Assembly (NCBI GenBank): GCA_919902735.1 | Contig: CAKKRM010000001.1 | Span: forward strand, 32,100-96,099 | DNA length: 64,000 nucleotides | Direction: 5' to 3' | Source: Anaerolineales bacterium | GTDB taxonomy: Bacteria; Chloroflexota; Anaerolineae; Anaerolineales; Villigracilaceae | Shown here: positions 57,897 through 64,000 of the stretch, piece after piece | How positions within the stretch are numbered: position 1 is the stretch's first letter | How the letters are laid out: each line of letters starts with the position of its first letter | Notes under the pieces: model-generated | Databases searched by the model: none | What the model was told of the DNA's origin: nothing | The model's input: the letters and a program-made list of their open reading frames with translations, nothing else | Translations under genes and position numbers: made by a program

Positions 57897-57928
57897 ATCG
57901 GGGAGCGATTCATCAATCGCTCCCCGAT
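57897..57928 (+). terminator. Intrinsic-terminator-like hairpin after the primase gene
   Basis: atcggggagcgatt / catc / aatcgctccccgat, followed by ttcatttctc. Confidence 0.6.
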
Positions 57929-57951
57929 TTCATTTCTCAAGGAGATAAACC

Positions 57952-58092
57952 ATGTCAGCACTAACTCTTATAGCCATTCTGATCGCCCTCGCAATATTTG
58001 GCTGGGCGATCTGGTTCGTGATCGAATTGATCCGCTATGTTTCCAGCGGCGAATATGAAATTGACGAACGCCTGCGCGAGATCAGCCAATAA
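57952..58092 (+). CDS. Small TM protein, 46 aa (below the ORF-track cutoff)
   Basis: AAGGAGATAAAC SD. Hand translation: MSALTLIAILIALAIFGWAIWFVIELIRYVSSGEYEIDERLREISQ. Confidence 0.5.
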   Translation: MSALTLIAILIALAIFGWAIWFVIELIRYVSSGEYEIDERLREISQ

Positions 58093-58111
58093 AAAATAAA
58101 GGAGATAAACA

Positions 58112-59275
58112 ATGATCACCATTCAACAAGATGCTTTACATGTCGCGCTTAATGCGGTCACGCGCGCCAGTCTGAAAAGTTCACTGGCCGCTTTTTCCCT
58201 CGTGCGTTTGGATATCAAAACAGATGGAATCCTGCGCCTGTCCTGCTTCAATGGCGAGACCGCCGCGCGCGCCATCACGAATGTGGTTTGTGATGAAGAC
58301 ATCTCAGTCAGTGTGGATGCCCTGACTCTGAAAGCCGTGGTGGAAACGCTTGCGAACGAAATCCGTTTGATGATCGAACATAATTCACTCATCATTCAAA
58401 GCAGCACCAATCGCACCACCCTGCGCATCGTGGACGAATCCATCCCAGTCCTCGGCGATGAAGCCATGCAGTCCATCGCAACCCTTCATGGAACTATATT
58501 TCGCAGTCTGTCACGCGCATTGCCCTTTGCCTCTGTAGACAGTTCGCGCTTTGTCCTGCAAGTACTGCATTTGACTTTTGATAAAGATACGGTCATTGCC
58601 CAGTCCGCCGATGGTTATTCGGCAGGCTATGTGCGCGAGAGTATAGAGGGACCTGCAGAACAAACCTGCGTATCCCTGCCATTGAGTTTTGCCCGCTTGT
58701 TATCCACCCTGGTGGAAGACCGTGACACGGTACGTCTATGTACGTCGGGAGACAACCGCTATATCTTTCAGATCAAAAATTTGGATGACTCAAAAGACCT
58801 GACTCTTGCCACAGTGACAAACGCGGAGAACTTCCCATCCGAACAGATCATGAATCTGATCAATGAGGCGCGAAATAGCACAACTGCTCATTTGAATGTA
58901 CAGCAGACCAGTCTGATGCAATCGATCCGCATGGTAAATGCGATGGGTACGCAGAGCACATTTGTCAAAGTGGTGAATGGCGTGGTGAAGATCGCTTCCT
59001 CCGAGACCGAGACGGGTCAGGCACGCAATATCCTGGAAGGCACAGCCAGCGGAGAGAATGCCAGTGTGTGGATGTCTGCCGCTTTTCTGAAACGGGCTGT
59101 CGAGGCGTGCAAGGGCGAACTCGCGATCAGGATCACAGACGGCAAGAAACCGATCCTGATCGAAGCGGGCAACTTCACGGCGGTGATCATGCCGATGATG
59201 GTGGAAGGCACCAAGGATCCATTTCCCGAAGATGAGGCGATTGCAATCACCCTGCCCGAAATGGCAATGGCATAA
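58112..59275 (+). CDS. dnaN: DNA polymerase III beta sliding-clamp-like protein, 387 aa
   Basis: AAGGAGATAAAC SD. Clamp-like pattern throughout: LRLSCFNGETAARA (ltatDle-type), SRFVLQVLHLTFDKDTVIAQSADGYSAGYV (vATDghRLa-type), and a C-terminal KPILIEAGNFTAVIMPMMV (P.li....y.imPmr-type). Confidence 0.7.
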   Translation: MITIQQDALHVALNAVTRASLKSSLAAFSLVRLDIKTDGILRLSCFNGETAARAITNVVCDEDISVSVDALTLKAVVETLANEIRLMIEHNSLIIQSSTNRTTLRIVDESIPVLGDEAMQSIATLHGTIFRSLSRALPFASVDSSRFVLQVLHLTFDKDTVIAQSADGYSAGYVRESIEGPAEQTCVSLPLSFARLLSTLVEDRDTVRLCTSGDNRYIFQIKNLDDSKDLTLATVTNAENFPSEQIMNLINEARNSTTAHLNVQQTSLMQSIRMVNAMGTQSTFVKVVNGVVKIASSETETGQARNILEGTASGENASVWMSAAFLKRAVEACKGELAIRITDGKKPILIEAGNFTAVIMPMMVEGTKDPFPEDEAIAITLPEMAMA

Positions 59276-59297
59276 CGAAAACAAAATATTTCAATAC

Positions 59298-59328
59298 AAA
59301 GACGGCGCACATCATGTGCGCCGTCTTT
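59298..59328 (+). terminator. Intrinsic-terminator-like hairpin after the clamp gene
   Basis: aaagacggcgcacat / c / atgtgcgccgtcttt, followed by catttctc. Confidence 0.6.
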
Positions 59329-59346
59329 CATTTCTCAAGGAGACTT

Positions 59347-60066
59347 ATGGACACCACGAATTCGTTACTTCTCCAAACCATATCCACATACGAGCAACCC
59401 AAACTCAAGAGTATGCCTTTGCGTGAACAGCCTGCATACCGCGTCGCCCAAAACGCAACCGCCTGCAACCTCACGGAACTCATGGCGGCTGTGATCGGTG
59501 GACAGAAACAGATCGAGATCGCACAGACCCTGCTGGCGCGTTTCGATGGCGACATCCGTCGTTTGTATCAGGCGCACCCCGCAGAACTGGCGAAGGTGAA
59601 GGGCATCAATCAGACAACTGCCATTCGTATCAAGGCCGCGCTCAATCTTGGTTTGCGGTTGAACCTTCCCAACGAAGAACGTCCGGTCATTAATTCGCCC
59701 GCAGACGCTGCCGCGCTCGTGCAATACGAAATGGGTTTGTTGGAAAAGGAACACCTGCGCACATTGCTGCTTGACAGGCGTAACCGCGTTCTTGAAATTG
59801 TCGAGATATATCAAGGCTCGGTGAGTTCCTCCCAGGTGCGCGTTGGTGAAGTATTTCAGGCAGCAGTGGGGCGCATGGCATCCGCCATTGTTGTCTGCCA
59901 TAACCATCCGTCCGGCGACCCCACGCCTTCCCCCGATGATGTCGCTGTGACGCGCGCAATGGTGCAGGCAGGCAAGTTATTGGATATCGACCTGCTGGAT
60001 CATCTCGTGATCGGACAAGCGGGCAAGTGGGTGAGTCTGAAGGAACGTGGGCTCGGCTTCACGTAG
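59347..60066 (+). CDS. radC: RadC-like JAB/MPN-domain protein
   Basis: Start moved from 59314 (inside the hairpin) to ATG 59347 after AAGGAGA. HhH ELAKVKGINQTTAIRIKAAL. JAMM motif HNHPSGDPTPSPDD. Confidence 0.9.
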   Translation: MDTTNSLLLQTISTYEQPKLKSMPLREQPAYRVAQNATACNLTELMAAVIGGQKQIEIAQTLLARFDGDIRRLYQAHPAELAKVKGINQTTAIRIKAALNLGLRLNLPNEERPVINSPADAAALVQYEMGLLEKEHLRTLLLDRRNRVLEIVEIYQGSVSSSQVRVGEVFQAAVGRMASAIVVCHNHPSGDPTPSPDDVAVTRAMVQAGKLLDIDLLDHLVIGQAGKWVSLKERGLGFT

Positions 60067-60074
60067 GAGGAATC

Positions 60075-60458
60075 ATGCAGATGCAATTGACTCTCGACTT
60101 CACACCAAGACCTTCAAATCTAAAAGCGATCATCAAGAATACAACCTGGATGAATGTCAGTGATGTTGCCAGAGGAGTGGGTTTCATGATGCCTGTTGAA
60201 GTCAGCGTCACATTAAGCGATGCGCTTGAAGCGCTTCAATCGGAAGACGCGGACAGCTATGACCAGCGCCTGTATGACGCACTCTGGCTGGCGCACCATT
60301 ATCTCGCGCTGGACCTTCGGCAGCGCGAATCCGTCTCATTCACCTTCGACTTTCTGCGCGAAGACAAACATAACGGGAAGTTTATCGAAGCCAGTCTGCG
60401 ACTGAGAGTTGAAGCGCAGAAGCAAGCTGTACTTCTCGGCTTGATGCAGGATTTCTAG
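60075..60458 (+). CDS. Hypothetical protein, ~127 aa
   Basis: AGGAGG SD before ATG 60075. Confidence 0.6.
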   Translation: MQMQLTLDFTPRPSNLKAIIKNTTWMNVSDVARGVGFMMPVEVSVTLSDALEALQSEDADSYDQRLYDALWLAHHYLALDLRQRESVSFTFDFLREDKHNGKFIEASLRLRVEAQKQAVLLGLMQDF

Positions 60459-60468
60459 GAGGCGCTAC

Positions 60469-60876
60469 ATGGCAATCTATCTTGGCAAACAAAAACAGGG
60501 CGACCTCGTGCAATTTCGCTCTCCCACAATCCCCACCAAAGAATCACATGGTCATTTGTATACGGCGGTGATCGGTCCGTTCAAGAGCAAAGTTGGCGCG
60601 AGTTATTTTGCCCGCTACGGACGAAACAATCCACACATCCGCACGGCAGATGATGCCGAACGCCTGGCACGCGCAGACCCCATGATGGAGCAGTCCATCG
60701 TCGAAGAAAGCATGACCGACGAGGAACTGGACATCGCGTTGGAATGCGACGCGCAGGATCAACACGAATATTCACCCAAACCAACCATACACTTGCCGGT
60801 CAATCAGATTGCCTGGCAGGGAACTATCACAACACAAGGAGAAATCTCATGCCTAACTGGGCTGAAAACGAACTGA
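60469..60876 (+). CDS. Hypothetical protein, 135 aa
   Basis: AGGAGG SD. Confidence 0.6.
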   Translation: MAIYLGKQKQGDLVQFRSPTIPTKESHGHLYTAVIGPFKSKVGASYFARYGRNNPHIRTADDAERLARADPMMEQSIVEESMTDEELDIALECDAQDQHEYSPKPTIHLPVNQIAWQGTITTQGEISCLTGLKTN

Positions 60877-61544
60877 CCATCACAGGTCCTGATGTACAGA
60901 AAGTATTGAACACCATCTGCTCTGAATCCAATGCAGATGGCGAGTCGCGAACCCTGGACTTCGACAAGATCATTCCCTACCCGAAGATATACAAGGAATT
61001 GGATCAACGCTCGAACGAATACCAGGAAAAGTTTCTTGCCATTGGGAAGGATGACCCTGAACGACAGGACAAACTAAATACTCTGGCTGAGGAATATGGC
61101 GTTGAACCCGGAACACCCTGGTTGAAGGACGGCTTCAATTCCGGCGGTTATGACTGGTGCTGTGAAAATTGGGCGACGAAATGGAATGCCAGGGGCATCT
61201 CCCTGACAACGCGCAAGGACAGCTCAAAAGGGTCCACGCACAAAACAGCCCAATGTTCTTTCTGTCAGACGGTACACAACACCGAACACATGACAGTTTG
61301 GGTGTGCCAACAATGCGGCAGCCCGCTGCCTGACTCTCAACCGTTGCTGGCTTTCATGGAATTCGACACAGCCTGGAGTCCGCCCATACCCGTGATCGAA
61401 AAGCTGGCCAGTATGTTTTCGGACCATGCCTTCGAATTGAAATATTTCGAAGGCGGCATGGGCTTTAGCGGACATGCCCGCTGGTCTGAGGGTGCGGAGC
61501 AATTTCACCATCAGTATGACTACGACGGTCCGCGCGGTGGATGA
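60849..61544 (+). CDS. DUF1281/Api92-like protein with an internal zinc ribbon (tentative)
   Basis: Start moved to MPNWAENELTITG (AAGGAGA SD). MPNW..N.L is the characteristic N-terminus of the plasmid YubB/DUF1281 family as I recall it. CSFC...x17...CQQC. Confidence 0.5.
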   Translation: MPNWAENELTITGPDVQKVLNTICSESNADGESRTLDFDKIIPYPKIYKELDQRSNEYQEKFLAIGKDDPERQDKLNTLAEEYGVEPGTPWLKDGFNSGGYDWCCENWATKWNARGISLTTRKDSSKGSTHKTAQCSFCQTVHNTEHMTVWVCQQCGSPLPDSQPLLAFMEFDTAWSPPIPVIEKLASMFSDHAFELKYFEGGMGFSGHARWSEGAEQFHHQYDYDGPRGG

Positions 61545-61577
61545 TTTCAATACACAAATTCAATAAGGAGCAAACTC

Positions 61578-62342
61578 ATGTCCTATCAATCTGAACATCA
61601 ACGGTTGAAACCCGTGCTTGACCTGGCAAGTCAACTCGACATTGCCACCAATCCAAATCCGCAAGCCATCTTCGAAGCCGGGAACGGAGGCTTTCAAGTC
61701 TGGTGCATACCGCAGGAACGCCCGCAAGGATGGAGCGGGATCACGATGAATACAGGCGCTTTCTCCAAACCCTGCGAGTATGTCGGCAGTGTGGTTTGGA
61801 AGTGGGATGATGACAAAATCGTGGCGCTTGCCATCGAGACAACCGCGTATGCATTGGCGGATCAAAAGCCCGATGAGTATTGCAACCTGATGGACATCCC
61901 CCAAGGCTTCCACCGTCGCACGATCTTCAATCGTGATGCGGATATCGAATGGCTCAAGGAAAAAGTGACCTGGCTGTTTGCAGAAGCGGGAGTTCCGCTG
62001 CCGCCCTTCGAGTATGAGCAGGCGCTGCTTTCCGAAATTGGTCCGTACATTCTGACTCACTACGTTTCGGAGGAAGATGAATACGTGGTGATCGTTTCGC
62101 CTGAACTCGATCCGGAAGAATTCTGCAAGCCTGGCTATGAAGTCGCGCACACACTCGAAATCTGGAAGGCGGGTGACTTTCCTGCGGATGTGATCCTGCG
62201 TCCCGATCATGAATATCACGAGGCAGACACCGAACCCGATGAAGGACCGCTCGTGGAGCAATATGAAAACGCTTCACGTCTGGGTGACGATGATTGGCTG
62301 GAAGCTGGATTTGAAGATCAAATCAGCGGCTGGAGTGAATAA
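61578..62342 (+). CDS. Hypothetical acidic protein, 254 aa
   Basis: AAGGAG SD. Preferred over the antisense ORF 61560..62261. Confidence 0.65.
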   Translation: MSYQSEHQRLKPVLDLASQLDIATNPNPQAIFEAGNGGFQVWCIPQERPQGWSGITMNTGAFSKPCEYVGSVVWKWDDDKIVALAIETTAYALADQKPDEYCNLMDIPQGFHRRTIFNRDADIEWLKEKVTWLFAEAGVPLPPFEYEQALLSEIGPYILTHYVSEEDEYVVIVSPELDPEEFCKPGYEVAHTLEIWKAGDFPADVILRPDHEYHEADTEPDEGPLVEQYENASRLGDDDWLEAGFEDQISGWSE

Positions 62343-62384
62343 CTTTTCAACAGGAGGGCGACATGGTCGCCCTCCAATTATTTT

Positions 62385-62804
62385 ATGGAGAACCCAATGA
62401 CTACCTTGTTTCAAACCAACATTGAACAGCTTTTGAAAGCGCATAATCTGCTCGATCAATTCCACTCCCAGGATGAGTTTCATGTGCGCTTTGATATGCC
62501 TCACTATGACCGTCTCGTCATCGAACGGCACACTGACATGATCAGTGTCGCCCACTACTTCGAACAGAACGGCGACCTGATCGCGGACCCGGATGTCGAA
62601 CTTCACTATCCCACCTGGACGCCGACTGCCATCACCCAGGCCTACTTTGGATATCGTTCGAAGTTCATCGAACGGGACGGCAAGACTTTTGTGGATACCC
62701 GTTTCCACAAGGATGTCTCCTCGTTCCTGACCATGTGGGCGCGGAACATCCAGGCGCAGGGCTGGGCGGAGAAAGGGAAGGTGCATGATGACCCTCATGA
62801 CTAA
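62385..62804 (+). CDS. Hypothetical protein, 139 aa
   Basis: Co-directional ORF in a tight gene string. Confidence 0.55.
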   Translation: MENPMTTLFQTNIEQLLKAHNLLDQFHSQDEFHVRFDMPHYDRLVIERHTDMISVAHYFEQNGDLIADPDVELHYPTWTPTAITQAYFGYRSKFIERDGKTFVDTRFHKDVSSFLTMWARNIQAQGWAEKGKVHDDPHD

Positions 62805-63348
62805 CTCGTTTCGGAAAAGAGTTCCGTTTCCCATCAAACGCAAAAAGTTTCGTCTGAATTCAGTTGCTGAGAACCCGAATAATCCGTTTAGGACGCGCTT
62901 GGGATCCTGCAATGTGTCCTTCAAGTATCTATATCGCGATGCCAGCAATTACAAATTGCATGGCGAGGCGGTCTTCACCAATCACACATTTATGCCCATT
63001 GATGAAATTGAAAAACAAATCCGCTCCTGTCTGAAGGATGGTGAGTTCTTCATTGCCCGGCAGGTGAATATCGAGGAACGTTTCTTCGATGTTCTGCACG
63101 AGGACGACGATCATCCCTGGCATGAGTTCAACCTGGTGGAGATGACAACCGAGCCTGCCTTCGATCCTGAGAACTGGAATCAACACAAACACAAACGGGA
63201 CATTACGGAGTTCGTTGCGGAATTGGAAAAGGCAAAGCGTGGGGGCTGGGATGAGCTGAAAGTGCGCGCCGATGTTGCCGGCATGCAGGAAAAACAGAAG
63301 GACAAGTTGAAACAAACTCTCGAATCAGGCGAGGACATTCTGAAATGA
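62785..63348 (+). CDS. Hypothetical protein, 187 aa
   Basis: Overlaps its neighbours at both ends (ATGA overlap at the 3' end). Confidence 0.55.
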   Translation: MMTLMTNSFRKRVPFPIKRKKFRLNSVAENPNNPFRTRLGSCNVSFKYLYRDASNYKLHGEAVFTNHTFMPIDEIEKQIRSCLKDGEFFIARQVNIEERFFDVLHEDDDHPWHEFNLVEMTTEPAFDPENWNQHKHKRDITEFVAELEKAKRGGWDELKVRADVAGMQEKQKDKLKQTLESGEDILK

Positions 63349-63668
63349 AGCCATCCAAACCAGACCTGGTGGTTCTGCCATTCACGGCGGTGATCGCTGG
63401 AACTTCAATTCACCTCACCCTTGAACAGGCACTGTCCATGTTGAAAAGAGCAGAAGGAGCGCACGTCCGCATTGAGCGTAGTTATCCAGGCGCGCCCCAT
63501 GCCATCGGCTGGACGATCTTTCACCGCACACCCAGGAAATACGTGTACGAAAACGAACCACTCTTTCGCTTCGAACGCGGCGCACGTCGCTACATTCGCA
63601 AAGCCTATGCCATTCATTATTCGCTGACCAGTGATGATGGCATGACCTATTCCCATTTGCATCTATAA
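63345..63668 (+). CDS. Hypothetical protein, 107 aa
   Basis: ATGA overlap with the upstream gene. Confidence 0.55.
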   Translation: MKPSKPDLVVLPFTAVIAGTSIHLTLEQALSMLKRAEGAHVRIERSYPGAPHAIGWTIFHRTPRKYVYENEPLFRFERGARRYIRKAYAIHYSLTSDDGMTYSHLHL

Positions 63669-63680
63669 AAGGAGAAACTC

Positions 63681-64000
63681 ATGTACGACCATATTTTGGA
63701 AGAAATGGCGGATGCCATTGCATTTGAACTCAATATTACAAGCAACAATGTGCTCAGTGTTCTCAATCAATACTGGCAGGATAAGATCGCGCACGTCTGG
63801 CAGGTGGATGACATGCTGGAGTCTGCACGCCGCGCGGGTAAACCGATCACACGCACCGATGCCGCAGGGCTCCTGCACAACGTCTTCGATCATCTTGACT
63901 CCAGCATGGGGATTAGCTGGACCAATCTGGAGGTCGCGTTGGAGGACTATCACTTTGTTCTGAAAACCTGGCCCGAGGAAAAATACAACGAAGTCCACGG
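63681..64000 (+). CDS. Hypothetical protein, N-terminal part (runs off the window end)
   Basis: AAGGAGA SD. Hand translation MYDHILEEMADAIAFELNITSNNVLSVLNQYWQDKIAHVWQVDDMLESARRAGKPITRTDAAGLLHNVF... has no stop up to position 64000. Confidence 0.55.
   Translation, partial: MYDHILEEMADAIAFELNITSNNVLSVLNQYWQDKIAHVWQVDDMLESARRAGKPITRTDAAGLLHNVFDHLDSSMGISWTNLEVALEDYHFVLKTWPEEKYNEVH

Noticed and set aside
59314-59346. ORF-track start of radC at 59314, and the extended starts at 23381, 35620, 37961, 39682, 39964, 50429, 51364, 52904, 60027 and 60744
   Set aside because: These longest-ORF starts fall inside hairpins or overlap upstream genes extensively. Internal ATGs with an SD or with ATGA/TAATG coupling fit better, so coordinates were trimmed accordingly.
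61560-62948. Minus-strand ORFs 61560..62261 (233 aa) and 62274..62948 (224 aa)
   Set aside because: They are antisense to plus-strand ORFs that have strong SDs, overlap-coupled junctions and more protein-like sequence. The whole 56.4-64 kb block is plus-strand.

Overview
Accessory, strongly mosaic 64-kb window. I recognise no rRNA, tRNA, CRISPR array, transposase or integrase. Thr/Pro-rich linkers and gene content weakly suggest a Chloroflexota-like host or mobile element (inference only). Positions 1 to about 32,600 are visibly AT-rich (hand counts on sampled 60-nt lines give about 35% GC) and carry three modules. (1) A minus-strand array (14841 down to 1) holds seven consecutive P-loop NTPase genes. 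They form two paralogous three-gene cassettes (NACHT-like NTPase / 415-aa ATPase / 1041-1042-aa STAND NTPase-TPR), separated by an NTPase fused to an OmpR-type winged helix and ending in a GNAT gene. A 3,616-bp stretch of this array occurs twice at 100% identity with a 7,640-bp offset. (2) A plus-strand membrane-associated module (15727-22286) encodes a zinc-ribbon membrane protein, an SH3b/ConA-like membrane protein, a small GTPase-like protein and a 1062-aa tail-anchored protein. (3) A translationally coupled plus-strand operon (22776-31873) encodes a PD-(D/E)xK-fold protein, a SUKH (SMI1/KNR4) fusion protein, an unknown 424-aa protein and a 1823-aa DEAH/RHA helicase with an N-terminal zinc ribbon and S1-like OB folds. 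The rest is GC-richer (about 52% on a sampled line) and resembles a conjugative/integrative element backbone. It encodes a surface adhesin-like protein, VirD4-like and VirB4-like ATPases, an AT-rich islet with a KAP-family NTPase, a short DnaE-family polymerase, a CpaB/CpaE/CpaF-like set, Fic and an MFS transporter. It ends in a plus-strand module with strong Shine-Dalgarno sites: primase, beta-clamp-like protein, RadC and small leading-region-type genes. Best candidates for an undescribed system are the triple-NTPase cassettes (1-14841) and the nuclease-SUKH-unknown-DEAH helicase operon (22776-31873), with the GTPase module third. All functional calls rest on motifs read by eye; no database search was possible.
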